From Cirrosporium novae-zelandiae (lineage: Eukaryota): a DNA stretch of 64,000 nt. This document shows, in pieces, positions 1 to 11,573 of the stretch. Each line of letters begins with the position of its first letter. Within the stretch, counting starts at the first letter, position 1. The stretch is taken from positions 62,001 to 126,000 of the forward strand of contig JAPETS010000043.1 of the NCBI GenBank assembly GCA_026023565.1, given 5' to 3'. The notes beneath the pieces are model-generated. The model saw only the letters and a list, made by a program, of their open reading frames with translations. It made no database searches and had not been told where the DNA came from. The position numbers and the translations under genes were made by a program.

Positions 1-898
1 AACCGGAGGCTCGGATGGAAGTATATATCATTACCTCCTTGATGAGCCAAATGCTCCTCCTGGGAACGCCGTCTCGGTATCACCATATGATACCTCAGAT
101 CCTGCCAACGCCCCAGCACAAACAATTTACCCCGCTCACAAAGTTCAATATGCCCATGATTTCGCCGTTTGGTCGCTGGCTTGGCATCCTCTTGGCCATA
201 TTCTTGCTTCAGGGTCGAATGACCGCGTTACGCGGTTTTGGAGTCGTCCAAGGCCTGGAGAAACTGAGTGCTTTAATGATCGCTATCATCTAGGTGAGGC
301 CGCTGCAGAAGCCCAAGGAACCTGGGATCGAAGAGGAGGTCGCAAGCAAATGCGAGAGGAGGAAGAACGGGAGATGGAAGATGAAGCCGATGGTCTAGTC
401 GACCAGAAGATGCCAGCTAAACAACCGAATTTGCCTGGAATCCCAGGGCTGCCTGGGCTATCTGTTTCAAACACATTTAATGATGGGACGAGCATCGGGG
501 GTGCTCAAAACCATATACCAGGGATGGGAACTATTGGCATTCCAAATCCGCCCAACGGGCTTCCCGGTCTAGGTGCATTTCAAGGCATGGATCCAACTAG
601 ACTTGCAGCCATGCTTAGTTCAGGCCAGCTTCAATCGCCTATCCAAGCCCCTGTATCGGGTTTCATGCCGCCTGGGATTGGGGTTCAAAACACCTACCCT
701 ATGATGCCCGCAGCTCCATTACAAGGTGCACAATTTCAGATTCCTAGTTTCAATCCTACCCCAGTAACCAATGAAGGTGGGATTCCGGGAATTGGGGGAG
801 AAGGAGGAGCTGGTGTTAGACGAAGGGCTCCTCTCCCAAGCCAACATGAAAGTTTAATGCAAGAACAGAAAAGAGGGAATTACCGAACTATTCGATGA
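1..898 (+). CDS. PFS2: Polyadenylation factor subunit 2 (WDR33/Pfs2 WD40 protein), 3' part; 5' end outside window
   Basis: Frame 2 from base 2 reads [11 protein letters not shown]...[36 protein letters not shown], the last WD40 repeat of Pfs2/WDR33. It continues in frame into the Pro/Gly-rich 350..898 ORF. Confidence 0.93.
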   Translation, partial: TGGSDGSIYHYLLDEPNAPPGNAVSVSPYDTSDPANAPAQTIYPAHKVQYAHDFAVWSLAWHPLGHILASGSNDRVTRFWSRPRPGETECFNDRYHLGEAAAEAQGTWDRRGGRKQMREEEEREMEDEADGLVDQKMPAKQPNLPGIPGLPGLSVSNTFNDGTSIGGAQNHIPGMGTIGIPNPPNGLPGLGAFQGMDPTRLAAMLSSGQLQSPIQAPVSGFMPPGIGVQNTYPMMPAAPLQGAQFQIPSFNPTPVTNEGGIPGIGGEGGAGVRRRAPLPSQHESLMQEQKRGNYRTIR

Positions 899-1587
899 TA
901 TACCAATTATGTTTAATAGAGGATTGATATTGGGCGTTATAATGAGTGAGTAACAGTAGCTTTGTGTGTAACGGATGGCAACCTCGGCTGGGAAAGGGGC
1001 AGGAATGATAACGATACACTAAAAGACGAATCAATAAATAATTCGAAGGTGGTTCTTTCATCTGATCTGGACACTCAAGGCTGGGCCAGTGTCCTCGCGC
1101 TTCTAATGAAAACCTGCTTCATGGCACTCCTTATTCAGAAATAATTAAACACTCCAGTGCAAGACATGAAAAACTAGGGCCAAGGAGAGTTCGTGAAGCT
1201 AGTGGGGTATATTGATATCTCTACCTAGATGTTATATTATGGCTCGTCGGCGATTAAGCGATGACATCGTTGTTACCAACTAATAAAACATTTATCATCG
1301 ACACTGATCAGACAATGTTGTTGGCCGCTAAGTAGCCCAGATTTAAATTCCAATTTTCATGCCAGCCTTTCTTGCACTGACCAACTCCATCCGCTTGCCC
1401 ACTTCCCCATAGCAAGAAACCTTTCCATCGCTGTCCTGGACTGTATATAACAACAGTCCTATAAATACACTATTCTCACTATTACTTGTTTCTAATTCAA
1501 GAGGCTAGTCTATTAAAATCATTCGACACACATGCTTCAATATTGTTATCCTTGTTGCTAGCAACCTTTTATACCGACGTGACCGCT

Positions 1588-2694
1588 ATGAAAACTCCGA
1601 ACATCCTACTAAAATACTTTGTGGAGGTAAATGACGTTCCTGAAATGGGAAAAGGATTAACTCTACTGAAAGACGTTTCTGCGGGCACCTGCCTCATCAT
1701 GGAAAGACCCATTTTCACTGCCATCGATCTAGGGATGTCAGAGATGGATGAGAACTTGCTAAAGCTACTTAAGGGCAAACTCAATGGTCTTACTAAGGGA
1801 GACGGCGAGGACAAACAATTTGGCAAAGCAATGCAGCGTGCCTTCTTACAGCTGCAAAATTGCCGTCAAGACCCTAGGGAGAAAATAAACCCAATTGTCG
1901 GAACCTGGCTTACCAACAACATTACCATTTCTACTGGATGCATTGGCAACGATTTTGTTCTCCACAAGGGGGTTTTTGAGGTTACAAGCCGCATTAATCA
2001 CAGTTGCCTTCCGAACGCGTCATTCTTCTATGATAAGGATACCGGCATGGCCATGATCTATGCTATCAAAGATTTGAAAGCGGGGGATGAAATCTACATA
2101 TCGTATAACAATCAGTTTGCCACAGCATTTGAGCGGCAAGCAGACCTTGAGGAGAGATGGCGTTTTGTTTGCAGGTGCAAGTTGTGTGCCTTGCCGAGGT
2201 CGGAATCCAAAATGATCGACAGACTCATGGTTGAGGCCGAAGACATACGTACCTTCCTTGCTGATGAGAAAAAGTACCTTGACACCCCGCTAGAGTACCT
2301 TAGTAGGGCAAGAAAGCTAGTTGACGTTTGCATTAGCATCGGAATCACAGATAAGCGAATTTGCCTGGGCTGGTTCGCGGCATTTCGTGTGACGGCTTTC
2401 CATGGGGATATGGCACGAGCCTCAATTTTTGCAGACCTTGCATCTCGAGCCAATGCACTATGCGAGGGCAGCGACGCACCCCGAAGTTGGTTGCTCTCTG
2501 ATTGCGTAAATGACCCATCGAGGCATATCGAGCTAGAGGGGAATGTAGAATTCAAGGGCGATGACGGAAAGAAGAGGGGGTTGAGGTGGACGACCAAGAT
2601 CAACGATTTTCCCAAAGAATGGATGGAGAGTAAGACAGTGGATAGTCTTTGGGGATTTGATACGCCTGACATGGAGCTTGGTTTGGAGAAGTGA
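1588..2694 (+). CDS. SET-domain protein lysine methyltransferase (SMYD/Set5-like, helical C-terminus)
   Basis: Motifs MGKGL, RINHSCLPNA, GDEIYISY and post-SET CRCKLC. First in-frame ATG at 1588; no intron needed. Confidence 0.88.
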   Translation: MKTPNILLKYFVEVNDVPEMGKGLTLLKDVSAGTCLIMERPIFTAIDLGMSEMDENLLKLLKGKLNGLTKGDGEDKQFGKAMQRAFLQLQNCRQDPREKINPIVGTWLTNNITISTGCIGNDFVLHKGVFEVTSRINHSCLPNASFFYDKDTGMAMIYAIKDLKAGDEIYISYNNQFATAFERQADLEERWRFVCRCKLCALPRSESKMIDRLMVEAEDIRTFLADEKKYLDTPLEYLSRARKLVDVCISIGITDKRICLGWFAAFRVTAFHGDMARASIFADLASRANALCEGSDAPRSWLLSDCVNDPSRHIELEGNVEFKGDDGKKRGLRWTTKINDFPKEWMESKTVDSLWGFDTPDMELGLEK

Positions 2695-3822
2695 TGATGT
2701 GCTGTGCAAAGGGAGATGATGGACAGACCCCAGAATTGTACTTTGGAGGCTGTGGCTGGAATCGATTTCAGATGGACACCGAAACCTTTGTGTTTGAGAT
2801 AGTGGGAACTCCTTTGCAAAATGGGCACAGTTATGGAATAGAATAGAATACTTGTCAGGGATGCAGCATATGAAAGAAAAGTCCCAGACCTCTCGGCTTG
2901 GGTCTTAGGGTTAATACTTGGGTTCATTTTCTTCGGAACTGGACAAGTAGGATTATTTAGTCCTATGGAAGAGGGTCGGTTTAAGAATCATTTCGTACTA
3001 GAGTCGAGTTTGGAGTTGAACCTGAATATTCTTTATTGATTTCTTTCCTACTTTCTGAGTAAGCTAGTTGGTTGCTATCTCACGTCTAAGGTAGCATTGT
3101 ATATGGTTTCCCTTTACCTCTTCTTGCCCTTCCCCTCATCCTTCTCACATAGGCTGACTCGGTGAAATATGATCTCCTACCTCCCAGTATAGCCTTAGCA
3201 ACTCAATTCTACCACCGGAATAGAGTTTTCCGCCAACCCAGCATACAGCGTGAACACGCTCCCAAACAACGAACTGACGAATGGATGACAAGGAAATAGG
3301 CCCGGATGTCTTTATGCGATTATCAACCAATTCACGTTTGAGGCGAATCTAAGTGCTAGAGTTGCTGGTGGTGCATACAGGATCTAGTGAGTTTGCGCCT
3401 CTCTATTTCGAGGAGTCTGTAAGTAGTAGAATAGTAGAGAATTGATACCAGCCCTTGATAATAGCTACACCCTCACGCCCATTTCTTCCGGCTCCGACCT
3501 GAAATCTCAGCCTCTGACCTTCATAATCACCGACGAGTATCCCACAGCGGGCAGTGCAGCACCTTCGATACCAACGTCTTTAGATAGACTTAGCATTTCG
3601 ACATCGCATCGATCCCATGAGCACATCGCAGTATAATAAGTGTTTTTGGGAGGGCCGTCGCCAATGGGAGTAATTGGAAAGACGCGCATTTCAAGAAGAC
3701 GGGCTGTGGGGGTGTGAATCCCACGCCTAGTGTCGAGGATTGGAGGTATATTAAAAGGGGTTTAGTAAAAATGAGAATGCGACGATTCCTCAAGATGTGT
3801 CAAGTAAACTATCTTGAGATGG

Positions 3823-3879
3823 GGTTGAAGGTCAAGTAGTTGATGATTGGTTGAAGGTCAAGTAGTTGATGATTGGTTG
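3823..3879. repeat. Perfect tandem duplication of a 26-bp unit
   Basis: ggttgaaggtcaagtagttgatgatt at 3823-3848 and 3849-3874, followed by ggttg. Confidence 0.95.
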
Positions 3880-3984
3880 GGCTAGTTTAGATAGATGATG
3901 AAAAGTGCCCATGTTCCCGTTTGCCTTGTAGAATCGAAAGGGATCTGCACTCTGTGTATGTTGCGTTATATCAAGATCCAATCT

Positions 3985-5301
3985 TTATTTCTTCTTTGTA
4001 GCCGGGGCTTTTGTAAAGAAATCACTCATTTTTTTCATCCCCTTTGTATTAACTTTCTTTAGGTCCCTCACGCCTCTAGACTCATTAGCCTTTTTCTTTT
4101 TCTCTTCCTCTTGTAACCTCCGTTTCTTTTCTGCCCGATCTTCAACCTCCTCATCTACTTCGAACCCACGTTTCCTGCCAAAGTCGGCTATCGAGCGAGC
4201 TGCAAAGGCTTCAGCACGGAGGTCAACTATTCGTTTGAGATGTTTCTCAAGACGGGCGAAATCAGTCAGATTATTGGGGGAGGAAAGGTGTGCTTCCAAC
4301 ATCTTGGTGATATGTTTAGGAACGTAGGATTCTAGCATGAAGGAAAGGGCAATTCGCAGGCGCAGGAGATGTACAATTTCCGGCGGTGCTTGGGGTTCAG
4401 TGTCATCGTTGACTATAGAGGTGGTGGTCGCTGAGGTTTTGGACATAACATTTGTAGTAGAAACACTAATTGTTGTCGACATGATAGTAGATTGAGAATC
4501 TACCTTTTCATCACTACTTTCTTCGGATGTCTTGGTGACCATAGCCTCTTCGATCACTGCCCCTGAACTTTCCTCCCTTTGTACTGCCATGAAGGGAACA
4601 TCCAAGGCTCTCTTGACAAATTTCTCGTCCATGCTTTCCGGTAGTCCTCGAGCAACCATTACTTCCGCCTTCTGCAATAGTAATTTTGCTAGTTTTTCGG
4701 TATTCAGTCGATACATCTTTTCGTCCCCAGCCTCGACAATATCACAGACTTTCTCTATTCGAGTTTCCACATTCTGCTGGAAAGCGGTATGGCTCAATGG
4801 AGCTTTTAAATTGGCTGAAAATTCCGCTGAATCGTCCAATAAGTCCTCCAATGATCGTAAGAGCTTTGGTCCTGAGGGGTTTTTGGAAGCTGCAGTAAAC
4901 GGGAATAGGATAGGGAGCATCAAGAAGAGAGGGTCAATCGGTGTCGCAATGAGGAACTCGGCATCTTTAGTGACAAAGCCTCTAGAGTTATCGTCTTGTT
5001 GATTTGTAGACTCGTTCTCTTGAGGAATCGGGGAAAGTAGTACGCTTCTGGGGGAAGTCTTGGGAGCCGATATACAGGTAAATTCATAAATTCCTTTGAC
5101 GGGGCAAAAGAAATACCGGTTGGGTTTTGACGTTCGAGGGTTTTTGAGCGTTAATATACGGGCATTTGAGGAGATGCCTGAAGGGAGGATTGTTAATTTC
5201 GGAGGATCCTGTTCTTGGAGCTGGTGCTTGCTATCTGGAGTCTCCGTTTCCTTTGAAGAAGTACGTGGTCGTGAAGCTTTCGAAGATCTTGTTCTAGCCA
5301 T
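3985..5301 (-). CDS. RNH202: Ribonuclease H2 subunit B (Ydr279p/RNASEH2B family)
   Basis: 438-aa ORF with LKNPRT..RYFFCP..GIYEFT, ATPIDPLFL, CDIVEAGDEKMYRL and C-terminal PIP box LKKVNTKGMKKMSDFF. Confidence 0.92.
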   Translation of the reverse strand: MARTRSSKASRPRTSSKETETPDSKHQLQEQDPPKLTILPSGISSNARILTLKNPRTSKPNRYFFCPVKGIYEFTCISAPKTSPRSVLLSPIPQENESTNQQDDNSRGFVTKDAEFLIATPIDPLFLMLPILFPFTAASKNPSGPKLLRSLEDLLDDSAEFSANLKAPLSHTAFQQNVETRIEKVCDIVEAGDEKMYRLNTEKLAKLLLQKAEVMVARGLPESMDEKFVKRALDVPFMAVQREESSGAVIEEAMVTKTSEESSDEKVDSQSTIMSTTISVSTTNVMSKTSATTTSIVNDDTEPQAPPEIVHLLRLRIALSFMLESYVPKHITKMLEAHLSSPNNLTDFARLEKHLKRIVDLRAEAFAARSIADFGRKRGFEVDEEVEDRAEKKRRLQEEEKKKKANESRGVRDLKKVNTKGMKKMSDFFTKAPATKKK

Positions 5302-5373
5302 TGCGACTGAGGATAAGTAGTAAAACCAATTGAGAGGAAGATATGTATTCGTTTGGGAATTGGCTTTACTGAG

Positions 5374-5379
5374 ACGCGT
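5374..5379. promoter_or_regulatory. MCB element (ACGCGT) in the shared RNH202/MCM10 promoter
   Basis: ACGCGT at 5374-5379 and a second CGCG core at 5399-5402, between two divergent replication genes. Confidence 0.6.
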
Positions 5380-5751
5380 CTATTTTTGGAGTCTTTGTCG
5401 CGTAGAGTACATAAAAACACGCTAGATGCACATTTTTTTTATAGCCAAACAACCAATTACAAAGCTTGAAATTCCAAGGTTATCTGATAATTGAGTCAAT
5501 CATAAGAAGTTGTGCCAGAAGTTCCATGTTCATTTTCAACTGTCAATTACATTATTGTTTTCAAAAATCATCAAGTATACTTTGCTTTATAGAATGACTT
5601 CTATTTTGAGTTTCGTGTAACTCACAGTTCCTTGTTGCTTTTTGCATATTGCTTGTTTCATCATGGGTCTCGGTGTAAACAAACGACTCAACATAGCTTT
5701 ACACAATAACATCTATTCAAGGTGACCTTGGGGTCTGCGCAACCTTGTAAT

Positions 5752-8252
5752 ATGGCACAGCGTAAGTGCCGGATCTCAACACTTCCAATTATCCTCCATG
5801 ATTTGACAATTGTCAACCTTTAGCTAGAGAAGAACCTAGTTGGCCCCCAAGGTCCCCAACACAAGCACTACTCAGCTCACCAAGTGGCCGTCGAAGATTC
5901 CAAGAGTATCAACATCGAGCCCAGTCATCAATGTCGCCTCTAAAGCGCTCTACTATTGTCGCGAACATGTCCTCAAAAGCGAGGAATTTGCTTGACGAAA
6001 GCTCTGACGATGATGAAGATGAGGAAACATTACAACTGAAGCTTCAGGCCATCCAAGCGCGATTGAAATTGAAGAGATTGGCTAAATCAAAAGCCAAGGC
6101 CGGAGATCATGGAAATCCACGATCTTCTAGAGCTACCCCACCACCATCTACTCGTCCCGAGAGACGGGGACTTTTGCTATCGAGGAAAGAGGAGTCCCTC
6201 CAAGTTCCAGTGTCCCCAACAAGACGGCAACGTACTGAAGCTATTGAACCAAGATCGCCTGGGAGGATATTACTCGGTATTGACAAAGGGCTAAAGGCGA
6301 AAGATGTATCACTTTGCTCAAGGCCAAGTCCACGAAAGTATAGAAAGCTAGACGATGATCCATTCACCGGAACCTCGCGTCAGCAAACGTCTCGAGCGAG
6401 TAATTATACATCTGAATCTAACAGTTCGTTTTCCGCGGGCATATCACATACAAAGAGCTTCAGTGCACGATTAGCAGAAGCACGTACAAGCGATAGGGAA
6501 CGCAGTCAAAGATTGGAGAATTTAAAGAGAAAACGCAGTACAGGCTTCAATGTGGATAGTACCGAACTTGACGAATATCGGGCTGTGGCAAAAGAGGTTG
6601 GAACTTCAAAGAGAGACCACGAGCCTCAAAAGCAGCACGGTTTCAGTCGAGACCAGATCATGCAATCACTTAATTTGACTGGAGGTGGAGTGCAAAAAAG
6701 CCATAGTATATCGGATGTGAATCAGCGGTACCGAGAACGGCCATCATCCAGACATTCCGCATTACGAGAATCACAGCCATTAAGACCAACTTCTCCAACA
6801 TCATCTACGAGACCTCGCTCTACCACTCTCAACTCCGACACCAATTGCACTGACCAGGAGCCTTCTACTCCTGATCCCTCCCTCTTCGAACCCTTTTCAA
6901 AGACGCATCTTTCTAAACGTATCCTCCCACATACTTTCCTCGAGCGCCGCTTTGCTTCCAAAACCACCTTCCTTATTCCCGATCTCATAGGCTCCGTCCA
7001 ACCTCCAAATTATGATCCTCCCGACACCTCTACTCCAGACATGATCGTTCTCGGCATAATCGCATCTAAGTCTACTCCACTGGACCACAAAGCTCAACCC
7101 GAAAACAAAATAAATAATAGTAAACAACCTCAAGGTAAATTTATGGCCATCCGCCTAACAGACTTCGAATACGAACTGGACCTCTACCTCTTCGGTTCAG
7201 CTTTTACCCGTTATTGGAAGCTGACGCCAGGAACTCTCGTCGCAATTCTGAACCCCAACATCATGCCCCCGCCCCCGAACAAACCAGGCAGAACCTTCGG
7301 CCTCTCTCTCAACTCAGATACAGATGATATCCTCGAAATCGGCACGTCTCAGAATCTGGGCTTTTGCAGCGCCATCAGAAAAGATGGTAAGAAATGTGAA
7401 GCATGGATCGATCGGCGTCATACAGAGTACTGTGAGTTTCACGTCGACGTTCAAGTCCGCAAGACCAAATCTAGTCGTATCGAACTCGCAAACGGCACCG
7501 CCCTCTTCGGCCCAGGCGGCAAACGCGGCAGCCGAACAGGAACCAACGGTACCTTACATGCATCAAACGCTAGACACCGCGAAGACAATGGCCTTTCACG
7601 CAACAACATAGCAACATATGACCGTTCCACGGGAACGTCGTTTTACGTAGCCCCCGCCCCCAAATCCGCATTCTCATCCTCGTTGAACAACCAATCAAAC
7701 TTTCATCCACATATGTCAAGCACCCGCACCACGGCCTCCATCCTCGATGCCGAAATAGACGAGGGTGCCTACCTCTGGAAGCGTATGGGCCGTGCAAGCC
7801 GTGAAGAGCGTACGCGACAACGACTCGCGGAGCGGGAGCGCGAGAAGGAAATCGCGAAGAAGCTTGGTTCGAGAGAGGGCATTGGCGGGATAGGTGGTGA
7901 GTACATGCGTAAAACAGCCAATGGGGACGCCAATGGGGACAACGATAAGAGGAAAGATGCCAATACGACGGAAAGGGATATCAAAGCTAGAATGCAAGAC
8001 GTGCTGGGGAGTGGAAGACGCGGTGCAGAGCGTGTGAGGTTGAGTCCTGGGAGGAGGAAGGGTGGCTTGAGTGTGAGTGGTTTTACGTCGGGGACGGGAG
8101 ATGGTGGGGGAGGGGTGGGGAAGAAGACGAGATTTGTTACTAGTAGGGGGATCAAGGAAGCAGGGAGGGATAGCTTGGGGGCGAACGAACTCGTTATTGG
8201 ACGAGGTAGGAGTGACAGCGATGACGACGATGATGGGCTGGAGATTGTGTGA
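5752..8252 (+). CDS. MCM10: DNA replication factor Mcm10/Cdc23; exons 5752-5761, 5824-8252
   Basis: Spliced N-terminus MAQPREEPSWPPRSPTQALLSSPSGRRR (GTAAGT...TAG intron 5762-5823). OB-fold (YWKLTPGTLVAILNP) and zf-primase CCCH finger (LGFCSAIRKDGKKCEAWIDRRHTEYCEFH). Confidence 0.93.
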
Positions 8253-9134
8253 ATAAATGAATGAATGAATAAACGATCGATTGGCCTGTTTGTTTCGAGT
8301 CAGAACTTGGAAATGCGTTGATTTGAGAGTTATGATTGGCATATCGGTTGGAGGACATGGGGAACGAACAGAACCGGGCTTTGTATATAATGACTGATTT
8401 GGAACTTCTCGTTTTTGATTTGATTGATCATGACCTACTCTTTAAGAAAGTGTCTACTAGTAGTATAAAGCAATATAGTGCAAGAACCAGCCAACCAGGC
8501 TAGAAACGAAGTGCTTTTGAAAAAGTTTCTTTAAGTCTCAAACTTTTAAATCTAGATACCCTTTGCTTTCCCAAGGGATCATAAATTCAGGTGACCGGGG
8601 CCCCATCACCCCACACCTTATCTTCGCTCCAACTGTACAACTAAGAATGAAACAAAGACCGAGACTTAATTCAAAATCGTTAAAACTGAAGGGACTTTTC
8701 ATCACATCAAACGTGAAAACGCATAAATTTTGACCCGACCTGCATGCCCATCCATAAAATAATTAGAAAATCTGCCCCCCATATTGTCCAAGAAAGAAAG
8801 TAAATATACAAGGGTAAGGTGATGTTTTGTTTTGTGGTATCAAACCCTCTTAGATGTGTGACCTCCCCGGTTTCATTGCTTTTGTTTGCTTTTGACAGCG
8901 ATACTTGGCATAATTTTTTTTTGTGATTTTGGAATCTCCAGCCCCTTTTCCAAAAGTCGCGCATACATGCATAGCAGATAGGCAAAGTGGGTATTTAGAA
9001 ACATGCCAACGATTGTCGTAGTGTTAGAGCTCATTTGAAAATGTTGTGAAAAGAATAAAAGCGAATCGTATACGCATAACAGCGCTGACAACCTTTGGAT
9101 GAAGCTGATAAAAAATCGACTGTTCTCGATTAGG

Positions 9135-11353
9135 TCAATGGCCTGATCTTTTCTTCATCAGGGCTCTTCGTGCCTTCTCCTTTTCTATAAAATAGCCTCG
9201 TCAGTAAGCTGATTCTAGTGTTTCATAATCGTAAAAGTTAGTGCACTCACCTTCGTCATAAATCAAGAATTCATGTAGAGGCTTCCCAGCTGGAACCATA
9301 GGCAGCACAGGAACCTTCTTATCCGTTACAACCTCTAAGAGCGCAGGTCCATCACCGCTTTCAAAACACAGCCACCTCAGCATCTTCTCTGTATCCTCTG
9401 GCTTTACCAACCTGTCCGCTTTTAATCCCATTGCTTTAGCTACACCAACAAAGTCAGGGTTCTTTTGATGTGTATGTGAGAAGCGGTCTTCATAGAAGAG
9501 AGATTGCCATTGTGTGACCATGCCTTGTTCTTCATTGTTAAGAACAATAATTTTCACACCGATGTTAAATTGGTGTGCGGTAGACATTTCGGTGATAGTC
9601 ATATTAAACGAGGCGTCACCATCAATGTCGATGACGAGAGCATCTGGGCGGGCAACCTTTGCACCAATCGAAGAAGGAAGGCCATAGCCCATGGTCCCAA
9701 GACCACCGGATGTGATTATTGTGCGAGGGTGTCGCCAGCGGAAGTGTTGTGCCGCCCACATTTGATGTTGGCCAACGCCAGTAGCGATGATAGTACGGTC
9801 TTTCATATCAGCAGTGATTTCGCTGAGCTTCTCTATGAGAGACTGGGGTTTGATTAAGCCATTGGAGGTGTCCTTGTCGTAATTACTTAGAGGGAAGCGC
9901 TTCTTCCAATCGGCTATTTGTTCAAACCATTCTGGCCTTGAGGAAACAGGATTAATATATGGTAGAAGGGCAGCTAGATTGGCCGCGACATCGCCCTCTA
10001 CAGCTTCTGTAGCTTCAACAACCTTGTTGATATTCTTAGGCGAGATCTCGAAATGAACAATGCCACCACGGTTTTCCGCCGCCGCTGCCTTGGCTTGGGG
10101 CGCGAATTTTCCAACGTTGCCAGTTACACGGTCATCAAAGCGAGCTCCAAGGGCTATAACAAGATCTGCCTCTTGCATGGCCATGTTTGCGTAGGCGGAG
10201 CCATGCATTCCTAGCATATGAAGAGACTTTTCGTCTAGTTCATCATACCCACCAAGACCTAGGAGAGTGGTAGCGACAGGAATCTGAGCCTTGTCTGACA
10301 ATTCCTTGAGAAGTTTAGATCCTTCTGGGAGGGCAATCACACCTTGGCCGCAATAAAGGACAGGTTTTTTCGCAATGTTGATCAAATTAGCAACACGCTT
10401 AATGCTTGTCTCGAGCTGGCGTTGGGTCAATTCCTTGGCCGCTAAGGCTGCCGGGCTAGAAAACGTTGGAAGTGTGCTGCTCATGGGGATTGGCTTCCTC
10501 AGGATGCCGGCTGTGACATCTTTCGGAAGGTCAACAAGAACAGGACCAGGTCTTCCGGATGTAGCTATTTCAAAAGCTTCCTTGATACGCATCGGCATCT
10601 CTGCAACGTTCTTGATCATAACATTCCACTTCGTGCACGCTCTCGATATGCCAACAACATCTGCTTCCTGAAAGGCATCGCTACCAATAGCGGTTGTAGG
10701 TACCTGTCCACAGAAAACGACCATTGGAGTTCCATCAGATAAAGCGTCTTGCATTGGTGTAACAACATTTGTTGCTCCTGGTCCAGAAGTAACGAGGACG
10801 ACGCCTGGTTTACCTGATGCTCTTGCATAGCCTTCAGCCATATGGCCAGCACCTTGCTCATGCTTTGGAAGAACGAAATCAAAATATTTAGAACTATAGA
10901 TTGCGTCAAAGACAGGCAGGATAGCACCTCCAGGGTATCCAACTGCAACAAGTCAGCCTTACGTCTAAACCAATTGAGTGGCTCTTTTAAATAGCTACAC
11001 TTACATATATGCTTAACACCAAGTCGTAGCATCATCTCATGGAATATTTGTCCTCCACTCAGACCAACAAATGAGTCATCCATTTCAGGCGTTCTCCCTT
11101 GCAAAGGGGAAACTGCATTTCTCGCAGCATCATCACGATTAAATGCTGGGCTGGGAACTGGTCTTGCGTGCTTCTCGGTCGGGGCTGTAGCGGTGCTCTG
11201 TCCTCGTTTTGCTGTGTCATCTCGAATACTTGAAGGTTGTCGGGAATTAAGAATGGAAGCAACGGTAGAGGTGGCAGAGAAGCGACGGGAAGAGCTAGGA
11301 TGAGATCTTGAAATTGTGCGCAGGGCGCATCTTGACTGCCGCATTGACCTCAT
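9135..11353 (-). CDS. ILV2: Acetolactate synthase catalytic subunit, mitochondrial; exons 11353-11005, 10942-9251, 9184-9135
   Basis: Arg/Ser-rich presequence, GYPGGAILPVFD, VTSGPGATN and the TPP motif IDGDASFNM...LNN. Both introns canonical and frame-restoring. Confidence 0.97.
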
Positions 11354-11500
11354 GATGAAATATTAGGAGGGAGAGCCTTCCAATGTTGATGGGATATCAG
11401 AGAGGTAGAAATTGTAAGGAAGGAAAAAAAGTGAGATGAGATTATTCCGTACGTACAAGTAGGTTTTTGGTGTAAGTACGATTTACTCATAGTCAGACTC

Positions 11501-11573
11501 TGACTCGTCGTAATGCCAATTGCCTCCGAAGAATTCTTACATGAAAAGTTATTCGCTGGACATCCTGTGACTC
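11501..11573. promoter_or_regulatory. Gcn4/CpcA-type TGACTC cores upstream of ILV2
   Basis: TGACTC at 11501-11506 and 11568-11573, plus TTACTCA near 11483. ILV2 is a known cross-pathway-control target in fungi. Confidence 0.5.

Noticed and set aside
2905..2913. TTAGGGTTA, which reads as the telomerase RNA template TAACCCTAA on the minus strand
   Set aside because: A 9-mer is expected by chance in a window this size. I saw no pseudoknot, and a ~2-kb RNA would overlap the SET gene antisense.
2112..2927. Long antisense ORFs (e.g. 2112-2927, 7716-8342, 35550-36230, 60811-61278)
   Set aside because: They shadow well-supported genes on the opposite strand and show no recognisable motifs.
3095..3175. 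Minus-strand AAACCAT followed by ACA, resembling the snR30/U17 m2 motif
   Set aside because: Spacing to ACA is only 2 nt and no good m1 (AUAUUCCUA) match lies upstream.
3823..3879. Direct repeats as CRISPR-like arrays (also 57741-57803)
   Set aside because: Units are adjacent without unique spacers, and the context is eukaryotic.
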